Origin: Eledone cirrhosa
Taxonomy: Eukaryota
Assembly (NCBI GenBank): GCA_964016885.1
Contig: OZ024752.1
Coordinates: 5,580,001-5,644,000 of the forward strand
Direction: 5' to 3'
DNA: 64,000 bases
This document shows, piece by piece, positions 12,360-24,385 of the stretch. Position 1 is the stretch's first letter. Each line of letters starts with the position of its first letter. A model generated the notes under the pieces. The model had not been told where the DNA came from. It searched no databases and saw only the letters and a list, made by a program, of their open reading frames with translations. Made by a program: the position numbers and the translations under genes.

Positions 12360-12649
12360 CTCTTTAACATTTACATTACTCTATATACTATTGTATTTTT
12401 GTAGTATAGACTTTATCTTACATAATTATCTCACATAACATTTACATTACTCTATATACTATTGTATTTTTGTAGTATAGACTTTATCTTACATAATTAT
12501 CTCACATAATATCGAATCTACAAGATTTTGATGTTATTTATTTTGAGAACAATACCTTAATGTCAGTATGAATGGCCAGTTACGGTCAGTTTGAACAGAA
12601 AGAGATGAGAAAATTCTAGCCGGATATGGCCGGTTTAAATGCTTAAGGC
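12360..12649. mobile_element. TTAA-flanked (piggyBac-like) MITE with internal 71-bp tandem duplication
   Basis: ttaa|CTCTTTAACATTTA...TAAATGCTTAAGGC|ttaa. The body matches the copies at 13487, 25544 and about 33490. Confidence 0.7.
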
Positions 12650-12725
12650 TTAAGGGATGCTATTACATATTGCATAAAGATATTTCTTATTACAAATATT
12701 TTATCAATGTATCATGAATCTCTAA

Positions 12726-12985
12726 AGGGATGTGGCCTAGTTTTTAGGCAGTTATCATGGGTTCAATTTCTGGACCAGGTGGCACATTGTGTTCTTGGAA
12801 CAAAACACTTCATTTCACATTGTTTCAGTCAACACACCTGAAAACAAGTATGATGAGCAGAGTATCAACCTTGCAATGGATTGGTATTCTTTTCAGAAGC
12901 AAGTTTTGTACTGTCAGTCACTTAACACCAAAGAAAATAGGATACGTTCTGGTCTGACAAGTCTCCAGGTTTCAGACAGACTTTA
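12726..12985 (+). mobile_element. tRNA-derived SINE
   Basis: A-box-like TGGCCTAGT, B-box-like GGTTCAATTTC, and core TGTGTTCTTGGAACAAAACACTTCATTTCAC shared with 19694, 22680, 47520, 51712 and 53100. Confidence 0.75.
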
Positions 12986-13069
12986 ATCTTATTTTTTCTT
13001 TATCATAAATCCTGTGTTTTTATTGGTTGTAGACTTTCTGATGGTATTTGTTGTTATTTACTTTGACAG

Positions 13070-13199
13070 CCTGCAATTTCATGTGTTTGAGTTAACACAC
13101 ACAGTTCCCCGATTTGCTATGTATATCAAATGTAAAACACTTTCTTTAACAGAACCTGAAGGTTATGTTAAATTTACAATCACTGAAAGAGTCCAGAGG
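13070..13199 (+). CDS. BBS2: BBS2 exon
   Basis: tgacag|C...AGG|gtaaat, 130 bp, LQFHVFELTHTVPRFAMY...EPEGYVKFTITERVQR. Confidence 0.96.
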
Positions 13200-13486
13200 G
13201 TAAATATAAAAATTATTTTTCTCCTTTTCTTTTTCTTATTTCCTAGTTGGTCTTCAGTTCTCACTGTTTGGCACCCTGGATATATGTTTTCAACTATACC
13301 CTTGAGTCAACCAATACCTTATGAGTGAATTTGATAGATGTGTATGAGTGGGTGTGTGTGTCTTCAACAGTTACCTCAATCATCATATTGATGCCACTTA
13401 TAAAAAGCTTGCAGTGATAGTTGACAATGTCCCCCATAAACAATGTATCTGTCTTTAAAAAACAGCTTATTCTTTTTTTCCTTTAA

Positions 13487-13703
13487 CCCTTTTAATACCA
13501 ACCCAGTCAAATACTGGCTCTGGCTCTCTCACACAAAACCACCCATATTGAAGAAGAATTTTCCAACAATTTTATATAATTTGCTATCTTAGTAATGAAA
13601 TGATAAATAATTAACATAAGTATGAGCAGCCAGTTACAGCTGGTTTGAACAGAAAGAAGTGAGAGAATTCTGGCTGAATATGGCTGATTTAAATGATAAA
13701 GGG
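13487..13703. mobile_element. TTAA-flanked (piggyBac-like) MITE
   Basis: ttaa|CCCTTTT...AAAGGG|ttaa terminal inverted ends. Confidence 0.75.
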
Positions 13704-13728
13704 TTAAAGTGTTTATCCATATTTCCAG

Positions 13729-13857
13729 GTGTGTATATGGATGAACCAGAATTTTCTGTTGGAACAAACTCAGCAGTCTGATTGTGACCTAACTGTTTAC
13801 TTCATGTCATTGCGAGATAACCAGCCTCTCATATTTACTATGGATCAATCGAAACAG
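13729..13857 (+). CDS. BBS2: BBS2 exon
   Basis: ttccag|GTG...CAG|gtattt, 129 bp, VCIWMNQNFLLEQTQQSDCDLTVYFMSLRDNQPLIFTMDQSKQ. Confidence 0.93.
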
Positions 13858-14049
13858 GTATTTATTCCATCTTTCTAACAGAGATTATTTGAGGAGGAGG
13901 TTTGATCTGTGCTGGAGAATTTGTAGAGTTATTAGAAGGTTTTCTGCTATTTGTTACACATCGATTAATCTAAGGTCAACTTTGCCTTTTATCCTTCAAT
14001 AAAAAAAAAAGTACCAGTCAAATACTCGATTCAATTTTTTTTCTATATC

Positions 14050-14460
14050 TCTTTCTTACTTCCTTTCTCTCACTTCCTGTCTCTTTCTTACTTCCTTTTT
14101 CTCACTTCCTGTCTCTTACTTCCTTTTTCTCACTTCCTGTCTCTTTCTTACTTCCTTTTTCTCACTTCCTATCTCTTTCTTACTTCCTTTCTCTCACTTC
14201 CTGCCTCTTTCTATGTCACCACAGTGCCTCTATCATAGTGCCTCTATGTCACCACAGTACCTCTATGTCACCCAGTACCTCTATGTCACCACAGTACCTC
14301 TATCTCACCCAGTGCCTCTATGTCACCCAGTGCCTCTATGTCACCACAGTGCCTCTATCATAGTACCTCTATGTCACCACAGTACCTCTATGTCACCACA
14401 GTGCCTCTATGTCACCCAGTGCCTCTATGTCACCACAGTACCTCTATCACAGTGCTTCTA
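14050..14460. repeat. Two adjacent minisatellites: about 32-bp pyrimidine unit (14050-14212) and about 19-bp unit (14211-14460)
   Basis: Tandem units CTCTTTCTTACTTCCTTTTTCTCACTTCCTGT and CTATGTCACCACAGTGCCT. Confidence 0.9.
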
Positions 14461-14520
14461 TACCTCCATCAGGAGTTACAATCCATGGCAAGGCATCTGC
14501 GTATGACACTTTGCGTCACA

Positions 14521-15180
14521 CATCATCATCACCGTTTTACGTCCGTTCTACCACGCTAGCATGAGTTAGACGGGTTGCCCTGTTGTGGGCAGTGTCTGGT
14601 CGGCTGACCTTGTCTTGCTCATACAGGAACTGATTTGGCTTGATTTCTACAGCTAACACCAACCTCATTTACAGTGAGTGCTGGGTGCTTTTTTCCGTGG
14701 CACCTCCACGACCACTTTGCAGTGGGAAGGTGTGGGGGCATATAGTCTATATGCTTCAGCTTCGACTTGTACCCATGAGAGGTCGGGTACTCTGTATTAC
14801 TGCGTGACGCCAGAGGTCACGGTCGTGTGTCATCGCCTTTGAGAGGTGTAATTGGGTAAGGTCGGCTTTTATCACCTCATCCCAGGTCATCTTGGGTCTC
14901 CCCACTCCGCGGTTTCCATCGACTTCTAGTGCTCTGCACCTTTTTATGCAGCTGTCATCCTTCATACGCATCACATGTCCATACCAATGCAACCGCCTCT
15001 CCTGCACACAGCATTTGATTCCTCTTATGCTCAGTCTCTCGCTCAATTCATTTATGCTTTGTCGTTCACGTATATTACTGTTACACATCCATCGGAGCAT
15101 GCAGGCTTCATTTCTCTCTAATCTACGTAAGTCTTCCACCTTCAGCGCCCAGGTCTCACTACCATGTAACATTGCTGTAC
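14521..15180 (-). mobile_element. 5'-truncated RTE LINE: ORF C-terminus, 3' UTR and (GAT)n tail
   Basis: Reads LHGSETWAL...RRLHWYGHVMRM...GRPKMTWDEVIKADL, with the tail GCTAGCGTGGTAGAACGGACGTAAAACGG-(TGA)n. Confidence 0.92.
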
Positions 15181-15255
15181 TTCATAAATCTTTGTCCCCC
15201 CCACCCTTAATTTTGAAAATTTGGAAGGTGAAGTTACTCCCAAGTGACTCCACAC

Positions 15256-16180
15256 GAGGAAGGTGGGACATCCACTGGGGGGAAGAGGAAGATGGGACAG
15301 CTACTGGGGGGAAGAGGAAGATGGGACAGCCACTGGGGGGAAGAGGAAGATGGGACAGCCACTGGGGGGAAGAGGAAGGTGGGACAGCTACTGGGGGGGA
15401 AGAGGAAGATGGGACAGCTACTGGGGGTAAGAGGAAGATGGGACAGCTACTGGGGGGAAGAGGAAGATGGGACAGCTACTGGGGGAAGAGGAAAATGGGA
15501 CAGTCACTGGGGGGAAGAGAAAGATGGGACAGCTACTGAGGGGTGGGGGGTGGGACAGCTACTAGGGGGAAGAGGAAAATGGGACAGCTACTGGGGGGGG
15601 GGATAGCTACTGGGGGGAAGAGGACGATAGGAGAGCCACTGGGGGGAAGAGGAAGATGGGACAGTGACTGGGGGAAGAGAAGATGGGACAGCCACTGGGG
15701 GGAAGAGAAAGATGGGACAGCTACTGGGGGGGGGGGGGGGGACAGCCACTGGGGGGAAGAGGAAGATGGGACAGCCACTGGGGGAAATAAGAAGATGGGA
15801 CAGCCACTGGGGGGGAAGATTAGATGGGACAGCTACTGGGAGGAAGAGGAAGATGGGACAGCTACTGGGAGGAAGAGGAAGATGGGACAGCTACTGGGAG
15901 GAGGGGGAGAGGAAGATGGGACAGCTACTGGGAGGAGGGGGAGAGGAAGATGGGACAGCCACTGGGGGGAAGAAGAAGATGGGACAGCAACTGAGGGGAA
16001 GATTAGATGGGACAGCCACTGGGGGAAAGATTAGATGGGACAGCCACTGGGGGAAAGATTAGATGGGACAGCTACTGGGGGGAAGATTAGATGGGACAGC
16101 TACTGGGGGGAAGATTAGATGGGACAGCTACTGGGGGGAAGATTAGATGGGACAGCTACTGGGGGGAAGAGGAAGATGGG
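15256..16180. repeat. G-rich about 29-bp minisatellite, about 31 copies
   Basis: Unit GGGGGGAAGAGGAAGATGGGACAGC(T/C)ACT. Confidence 0.96.
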
Positions 16181-16913
16181 AGATAACTCCATAAGACAGA
16201 TATTCAAAAGAAGAAACTCTTCTTACAAGAGAAAGAATGAGAATTGCTAGGAAGAGAAGTCATTTGATTAGAAACATTAAATAGAGTAACAAGTGAAGCA
16301 ATAGACCAACATCCATGGAAGTATTTATTAAAGAGAGATAAAGAAGCAATGTCTACAATATTTTAGATGATTTGTTCATATAACAGACTTATAAACATCA
16401 TTTTCACAGCTAAAATAGGGGTTAGCCTTGAAGATCCCATGTCAAGATTCATCACTTTGTCCCAGTGTCATCATCATCCTCATTCCCTATTAGCAACAGT
16501 TGAGCAAGTCATCAGTAGACTGGCTTGGTATTCAAAGCAGCAGAATCCCCCATGATGAACTGTCAAATATCAGAATATTCTAATAACAAAAGGCAAAGTA
16601 TTTTTCTCAATATTTTTATATATTCATTATACAAAAAAGGATTTTATTCCCCAGATGCACCCACCCATGCACACATACACAACTACACAATCCTCATATA
16701 TGGACACACTCTCAAAAAGGCCTTTCTAATCAAAGTATATATGTACATATACATCCCCAAATACATAAATAATCTAACTTAATAATAATAATAGTAATAA
16801 TAATAAAATGACAAAATGAAGTAGGTTAGTGAATCTAGTGATTAATTATGGGAAGGATTGTAAATATATATATATATACTAAAATTGTTATTATGTTGCA
16901 TTATATTCAACAG

Positions 16914-17051
16914 ATTGTTATAAAAACTGATAATATGGATGTTGCTGGTGACCTTGTTCAGTCACTGACATCTTACCTCAAGATTGAAGAACTTAATGTC
17001 ACAGCCCATTTCCCCAGTGAATTGAAAATATTGAATTCTCTCATAGAAAAG
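16914..17051 (+). CDS. BBS2: BBS2 exon
   Basis: caacag|ATT...AAG|gtaaat, 138 bp, IVIKTDNMDVAGDLVQSLTSYLKIEELNVTAHFPSELKILNSLIEK. Confidence 0.96.
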
Positions 17052-17859
17052 GTAAATTTGTCATGTCTTATTCTCTTTTATAATTCATTGAGTTTTTCAG
17101 CAGAGTTGGCACCAGCATATTTAGCACAGTACAATATGTAAATAAAATAGTTTCAACTTACAGTTTAGCAAACTAAAGAAACCTAGGTTTTAACACAAGA
17201 AAGTTATAAAGCTTGTATTTTCCTCTGTACAGTCCCAACTGACCCATTCCAAATTATGTGACAGGTCATAGCACCATATAGCCTTCTCTACTACTTTTGA
17301 TATTTCCATGATACATGTGGCAAAGTTTTGATTTATTTACTGATCACACGAAATTATATATTTGTTTTAAATGGTCATGTTTTAAGGTTTAGTAATGCAC
17401 CTCTCTGAGGTTTGTACCCTAGAGAGCTGCCTAGTTGACCTTAATATTAGCAAAAACCTTGGTTATGTGCAGATAATATTGACCTCTCTGATATTGGTGT
17501 GTTTATTTTTAACAGCAGCATTAATTGATGTTTAGGTGAAATGTTTTCACCCTGTATCAGCTAGTGAATCTCTGGACAAAATAAACCAGACAAATTATGA
17601 ACTTAACTCTCAATACTCAAATAATATTAACAGTCTATCCAAGTAAACATAAATCTACTTCAATACCTTTGCCTGTTGCAACACCTTCCAGTAACAACTG
17701 TGCAGAGAAAGAAAGATAGATTAAAGTTAATGGTTATTGTATTTTAGTGAGACAAACACTTTGAATGTTGAGGGTAAGAAGAAGCTCGGAGGAAATGAAG
17801 TGAGCTTGCTTTACTGAATATGTAATGTTAAATAGCATAAACAGTAAAGTGTGAATAAG

Positions 17860-18262
17860 TTGGGAGAAAAACTGAGTATGGGCGGAATTAGATATTACAC
17901 GTAAGAGAGAAGACTGTGCCTAGAAAGAAATGTAATAATGATGACAATTGGGTAAAGAAGTGCCAGGAGTTCCAAATGGAAGAAAGCTGTGGAAGAGGAA
18001 TTGGTTAAAGTGGATTTCATGAGGATGATAAAGGAATGCAACTGGTAATAAGACTCTGTACTGGAGAGAACCCAGTCATCCCATGACATTGTACTGTAGA
18101 GAACCCAGTCATCCCATGACACTACTGGAGAGAACCCAGTCAACTCAGTCACCCCATGACACTGTACTGGAGAGAACCAAACCAACAAACCCATGACTGC
18201 CGGAGAGAAGCCTGCCAAGCGATGCAAACATAAAAAATGAACATAAAAATGATAATGATGAG
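17860..18262 (+). mobile_element. Degenerate RTE LINE 3' end with short internal tandem repeat
   Basis: Remnants of RERRL and NWVKKC, an about 33-bp CTGGAGAGAACCCAGTCATCCCATGAC repeat, and an (ATG)n tail. Confidence 0.6.
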
Positions 18263-18355
18263 ATTTATTTATAATTATCAATAATTAGTGGGTATTGATT
18301 AATGTAATTGTGTTAGAGACTGATTTGAAAACAAGAAATGTATCTCTCTTTACAG

Positions 18356-18468
18356 GTTGACTCTTTGAACAACTTAAGGCAGTCTTTGAGCACTGATATT
18401 GCTGATCATTCCAACTTGATCAGATCACTGGTTGTTTGTGCTGAAGACTCAAGACTTATTGGAGACTT
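18356..18468 (+). CDS. BBS2: BBS2 exon
   Basis: ttacag|GTT...TT|gttagt, 113 bp, VDSLNNLRQSLSTDIADHSNLIRSLVVCAEDSRLIGD (ADHSNLIRSL.V.AED.RL motif). Confidence 0.96.
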
Positions 18469-18522
18469 GTTAGTATGAGCAGTAATTTCTCTCTGCTTTC
18501 TTCCACTCCCTCTGTGTGTATG

Positions 18523-19135
18523 TCATCATCATCATCACTTTTTTATGTCCATTTTTCCACGCTAACATGGGTTAGATGAGTTATCCTGTTGTGGGCAATG
18601 CCAGGTCAGGTGACCATGTCTTGCTCATACAGAATTGATTTTGGCTTGATTTCTACAGCTGGATTCCCTTCCTAACACCAACCTCATATACAGTGAGTAC
18701 TGGGTGCTTTTTGTTGTTATGCCTACACGACTACTTTACAGAGCGGACTGGGTGTTTTTTTGTCATGACACCTACACAACCTCTTTACAGTGGGAGGGTT
18801 GGTGGGGGCATACTGTCTATATGCTTCAGTTTTGGCCTGAACCTATGGGAAGTCAGAGCTTCTGTATTACTGTGTAACTACAGAGGTCTCAGTCCTGTGT
18901 CAGAGGTGCAATTGGGCAAGATCAGTTTTTATCACCTCATCCCAGGTCTTCTTGGGTCTCCTCGCTCCAAGGCTTCCATCGACTTTGAGCGCTCTGCACC
19001 AACGTAATCTCCTCTCCTGCACATAGCATTTGATTCCTTTTATGCCTTGTCTCTCTCTCTCAATTCCTTTATACTTTGCCGTTCATGTATATTACTATTA
19101 CACATGCATCAGAGCATGCAAGCTTTATTTCTTTC
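18523..19135 (-). mobile_element. RTE LINE 3' fragment, same family as 14521-15180
   Basis: Colinear similarity with 14521-15120 (for example tttatcacctcatcccaggtc and cagcatttgattcct), with internal deletions. Confidence 0.85.
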
Positions 19136-19356
19136 CAAAATATTTACCTTAATCACATTCATAACAATATGCTAGCGTGGAAAATGGACGTTAAAAGAAG
19201 ATGATGATGATGATGAGATGATGATGAGGTAATGAAAAAAATTGCTAAAATTTAAAGAAGAAGCATTTACTTGTTCCAGCCATTGTCCATAAAACAATGT
19301 GTTGTGTACAAGTTAATATAAAGAATATTATTTACTAAAGAAACTGACCAATAAAC

Positions 19357-19495
19357 ACATATATACACTCCCTCAATTACTACCACACACTGACATATAT
19401 ACACTCCCTCAATTACTACCACACACTGACATATATACACTCCCTCAATTACTACCACACACTGACATATATACACTCCCTCAATTACACACTAC
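19357..19495. repeat. 36-bp tandem repeat, about 4 copies
   Basis: Unit CATATATACACTCCCTCAATTACTACCACACACTGA. Confidence 0.9.
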
Positions 19496-19693
19496 CACAA
19501 AGAATGCTGACATTGCCTCCTAAAAATTTCTGAGGCAACACCAAACACTCACGTCATTGCAACAGATGATAGCGAGGCTGAGGCACTGGAATAGCCAAGC
19601 ACCCTCATGAGCATCACTAGATACTTCAGTAATACGATGACTAAATAGTGTAAGATATATATTCCAGCATTCTATACTTTCTGTTTGCAAAGA

Positions 19694-19980
19694 CATGTGA
19701 CCTAATAGTTAGGATGTTGGGCTCATGAACATAATGTGTTTTCAATTCCCAGACTAGGTTCCATTGTGTCCTTGAACAAGACACTTCATTTCATATTGGT
19801 CCGATTTGCCTGTGATTTCACCTGTGCCAAACTGTATTGGCATTTGCATTTCCCTTGGACAACATCAATGACCTGGAATGAGGAGACTTGCCTGTATAGG
19901 CAAATGCTGGCTTTTTGATATTTTGAATAAAAACCCTTGGCTGGGTTTCTGACTTGGAGAAGAACTTTCCAAGTATTAAA
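19694..19980 (+). mobile_element. tRNA-derived SINE
   Basis: TGTGACCTAATAGTTAGG...TTCAATTCCC...TGTGTCCTTGAACAAGACACTTCATTTCA. Confidence 0.7.
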
Positions 19981-20051
19981 CTCAAGGCCTGCCATAGTTT
20001 CTACTAACAACATTTATCATTTTGTTTTTGTATTTTCTTTTATCTCTATAG

Positions 20052-20200
20052 TAAATCAATGAAGCGAGGTTACGTGGAACTGTTCAACCTCAACCAGGAA
20101 TTGCTACGTGACTACAAGATTCGTTGTGACAACCACACAGAACTTGTAGCATGCCTGAAACAAGTGAACAGGATCATTCAGAAGGCTTCTAAACTGAGAG
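20052..20200 (+). CDS. BBS2: BBS2 penultimate exon
   Basis: ctatag|T...G|gtaaag, 149 bp, KSMKRGYVELFNLNQELLRDYKIRCDNHTELVACLKQVNRIIQKASKLR (YKIRC.NHTEL motif). Confidence 0.97.
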
Positions 20201-20394
20201 GTAAAGAAATCCTTCGTTGTTTATTGCTGATGGTAATCTTTTGTGTTTGTATTCTTTATTTGCTTGTATGTTTGTTTTGATATATTGACCCTCATTACAT
20301 AGGATTATATGACAGAATAAGGCTTTGAAAACAGTGAATTAGACCCTTCTCTGAGAAATACAACATACAATGAACACTTTAATATGTGCAGGAA

Positions 20395-21175
20395 TGGAAA
20401 ATGGGGCCATACCAAATGATTGGTGTAGCAGCATCATCATCGTTACCTGCTACAAGGGTAAAGGAGACACTCTAGATAGAGAAAACTATAGAGGCATCAA
20501 GTTGGTTTGCCAAGGCTCCATCCTTAGCCGCTTCCTGTTTATTATTGTCCTACAGGCTATAACCGAAGAGTTTAAGACTGGCTGCCCATAGGAACTTCTA
20601 TATGCAGACGATTTAACATTCGTAGCTGAATCTATGACAGAACTAGAGATAAAAATTCCAAACCTGGAGACACGACCTGGAATCAAAAGGTCTCAAAGTT
20701 AACTTGCCTAAGACTAAAATTCTAGTATGTAGAAATGAAAATAGGGCACAGATTCCCTCTGGGAAATGCCTTGTTCAGTGTACAGGAAAGAAGTAGGTAG
20801 AAATTTCATTCTATGTCCCAAATGCAAATTATGGGTACATAAAAGATGTAGTGGGATCACAGGCAGGCTATCAAAGAACATAGGTTTATGTGGCCGATGC
20901 TCAGGTGCAGTAAGTAGCAAGTGCCCACAGGATACTAGCTCCTTCAAATACCCAGACGGTTCTATAGAAATAGTTGATAGTTTCCGTTACCTGGGAGACA
21001 AAATCTGGGGAGAGTGTTCTGAAAGTACAGTAGCCAGGGTAAGAACGGGATGGAAAAAGTTCAGAGAGCTAATACTGCTGTTAGCTCCCAAAGATTTTTC
21101 CCTAAAAATGAAGAGCAGATTGTATGATGCTTGTATATGAACAGCAATGTTACATGTTAGTGAGACCTGGGCACT
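20395..21175 (+). mobile_element. Internally deleted RTE LINE RT fragment (same family as 53780-55575)
   Basis: Reads IPNDWCSSII..CYKGKGD..NYRGIKL, then FIIVLQAITEEFKTGCP*ELLYADDL, a Cys-rich segment, FRYLGD and SETWAL. Confidence 0.92.
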
Positions 21176-21299
21176 GTGGCGGTGTTGTTGTTTAGAACAC
21201 AGGCAGATTTTGACACCAAATCTTAATAGTGCAAACATCTACGTTTTATACATCAGAAAATATAGTTTTTATGAAAAATACTTTTTTTTTTCTCTTCAG

Positions 21300-21403
21300 C
21301 TGGAAAATATAAAACACAAGTAGTGACAGCTTGTAGAACTGCCATCAAGAATAACAATATAGGTGCACTTATGAAGATTATTACGACAGGAGCATCTTCC
21401 TAA
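21300..21403 (+). CDS. BBS2: BBS2 terminal coding exon
   Basis: cttcag|CT...TCC TAA, giving AGKYKTQVVTACRTAIKNNNIGALMKIITTGASS*. Matches the recalled BBS2 C-terminus (ACR.AI..NNI..L.KI...G.ASS). Confidence 0.96.
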
Positions 21404-21542
21404 TCTGCTGAGGGTTGTTGCAATTGAGAAATTCTGGAATTTCATCCAAAAGAAAATTTCTGGCCTTTGTTTGTTTTTGGTCAATGTTAGTTTTAAAAAG
21501 AATATAAATGATGATAACAATAGTAATTATTTAAATTAACAA

Positions 21543-21875
21543 GGGCAGTGGATTGGCAGAATCATCAGAGTGGCAGACTAAATAGTTATGACTCTTTACA
21601 TTCTCACTTCAATTCCTGCTCAAATCAATTTCGCCTTTCATACTTCTGGGGTCAGTAAAATAAAGTACCAGTCATGTACTGGAGGGGATATAATCGACCC
21701 CCCCCCCCCCTCAAATTGTTGGTCTTGAACCAATGTTAGAATTATTTGGATTGACAGAATCGTTAGAGTATCGGGCAAAATGCTTTTCTCCTACTCTTTA
21801 TGTTCTAATTTCAAATCCCACTGTGGCCTTTTTAGGGATCATTAAAATAAAGCGCCAGTCAAGTACTAGGGGTCA
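21543..21875 (+). mobile_element. Two tandem tRNA-derived SINE copies downstream of the BBS2 stop
   Basis: GGATTGGCAGAATC...TTCAATTCC...GCCTTTCATACTTCTGGGGTCAGTAAAATAAAGTACCAGT; second copy from about 21748. Confidence 0.7.
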
Positions 21876-24385
21876 GTATTGAAATGTCTTATTTGGTAGG
21901 TCAGGATTGGATCAAAGTCAATAAGTTCTAACACACTTGATTATCTAGGTAATATAGTCCGTATATCAAAGGGACATCCAGAATGAATGTAATTATCAAG
22001 TATCAGAAATGATAATGCACCACGGGGAACTTCAAAGCAGAATATCCCAAATATTATCAACTTATATGACTGTATGAGCAAGGCATGGTCTCTAATCTGG
22101 CTTGTCTCATAATCAGACAACTCATCTAACCCATGCTAGCATGGAAAAATGGACGTTAAATGATGATGACGATGATGTGTGTGTGTGTCAGAAGGCAAAG
22201 TTGACCTCAGAAGGATTTGAACAAATACCACAAGATATTTTATCTGAAGCTTTAATTACTCTACCAATTTACTGCCTTAAGTAAACACTTTCCAGGTAAA
22301 ACATCTTGATGCCCCCTACACACATTAATGTAAAAATAAGTTTTAAAAATGAACAAATAAATAATAAAAATGGAAGAGTGGGTGAATTAGAGTGTGTGTG
22401 TGATGTGGGGAGAGAAAGAAACCGTTATTTCTATAACATATATGTAACAAAACAAAATATTCTCTTTATTTGTGACGTTAATGTTGTCAATCCTAGTCAA
22501 GCAGATCAAACTACTGATTACTATTCAGTAGTTTAAATACCTCCTGCTTTTAGGGAGATTTAGCTGCTAGGTCTAGTAAATGTAGTAACTGTTTATTGGC
22601 TGCCTCATTTGCCTTTTGTGATTTTATGTGAAAAATGAAGAAGGTGTATTGCTTAGGGTTTTGTGTCACTGATGTAACGTCTTGAATTTGATTCTCAGAC
22701 AAGACAATACATTATGTCCTTAAGCAAGACATTCAGTTGAATGAACTGGAGTAACATGAAATAAAGTGAGACCTTTGGCGGTACTCAGTAATAGAGAAGA
22801 CCCGCCTTACCTAAATACAAAGTAAAAACCTACTACAGTCAGTAGGCATCTCTATCAAAACAGTAGTCATCATTTTACATTCATTTTTCAATGCTTGCAT
22901 GATTTGACTGTATTTGAAATAATTAAGAAGGATGAATTATTATTTATTGCATGTAGCTCCAGTTCACTCAGCTGTAGAAATGAGTTGCAACATTACTCGA
23001 GCCAAACTGTATTGGCCTTTGCCTTTTCCTTGGACAACATCGGTGGTGTGGAGAGGGGAGACTGGTATGCATGGCTGACTGCTGGTCTTCCACAAAAACA
23101 CACTTTGCCTTAGAAGGGAACTTTTTAGGTACAAACATCATTCTGTTATTTGTAAAGTAATTAATTATGTTGGAATATTTAGATAGGAATTGTTGTTTTT
23201 TTTTGTATAAAACTGTTTTGGACAGGTTGGTTTTATAACTGGCGTCCTACCCATGGGAGGATCTTTGTACTCTCATTCACTTACAGCCAAGGAAAGCTTG
23301 GAGCAAACTAACTTAATATGAAGGAGTATTTTGGAGCTATTTAACTGAGTGTTAGATCATATTTCTTTATAGACCTTTTGTAGAAAATAAATAAACTTAA
23401 ATGGAATATTTATTTTTAATAAAGTTTTATGACAATTTGATTTCTGTTCTTGTTTGATGTTTACTTGGTTGTTCAATCATTTCATTATCATATTTCAAAT
23501 GAAGGACACTCTGTGATTTTCAAATAATTTAGAAAATAATCAAAGATTTTGAAAGGATCGACTTTTTCATTATTAAGCTGGTGTTTAGAATATAACTTTA
23601 CAAAGGTTGATAGGTTTTTTTAGATAAACAATTTGAAATATATATTTTTTAATCTCAGAACCATGGGCAGTTTCAGGTGATTTGGTATCAAAATAGTTAA
23701 ATGGAATATTTATTTTTAACAAAGTTTTTTGACAAGTTGATTTCTGTTGTTTAAATAAATATCTGCCTGTCTTTTCCGTTTCTCAATCTATATGGCTAAT
23801 ATTTTTGAAGCTGAAAACACTTCAATAGTTAGTTGGGTGCTAGAGATTTTTGTGTAACACCTACTTATCAATATAGGTCACTTAGGTGCCACAATAAAAG
23901 GTACCTAGTACATTCTGTTATGTGGTTTGTTTAAGGAAGGGCATCCAGCCAAAGAAATCAAGCTAAAATACAGATCAAAATGTGGTCTCATAATGTGACA
24001 ACGTATCTAGCTCATGGACATTAAAACGATGGTGATGATGATTGGCTCCCCCTTCTGCTTAATCTATTTGTCCCTGGACTGGCTCAGATGCATGTAGAGG
24101 AAAAACTGTTCATTGACTTGTATTTCAGACTCTGGGCCTGCATTGAGAGTACAGTCATTGGCAAACAGGAACTTACACAAAATGTCCACTTTTCAACATT
24201 GAGTCTTCTCATGTTGAAGAGTCTGCCTAGTATCAATGTGATAGCAAAGCAATCCCTACTCTCATGGAACTGAAAAATGTAGGTGTTAGTATATAACCAT
24301 AACACTGACTTGGAATGACACTATCACCTGTTATGTTATATATCCATATACACATATTATATACCTAAAGATATATAATGATATA

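Noticed and set aside
14892-16062. Gly-rich ORFs (GGKRKMGQ repeats)
   Set aside because: Stop-free G-rich minisatellite open in all frames, plus the antisense of a LINE.
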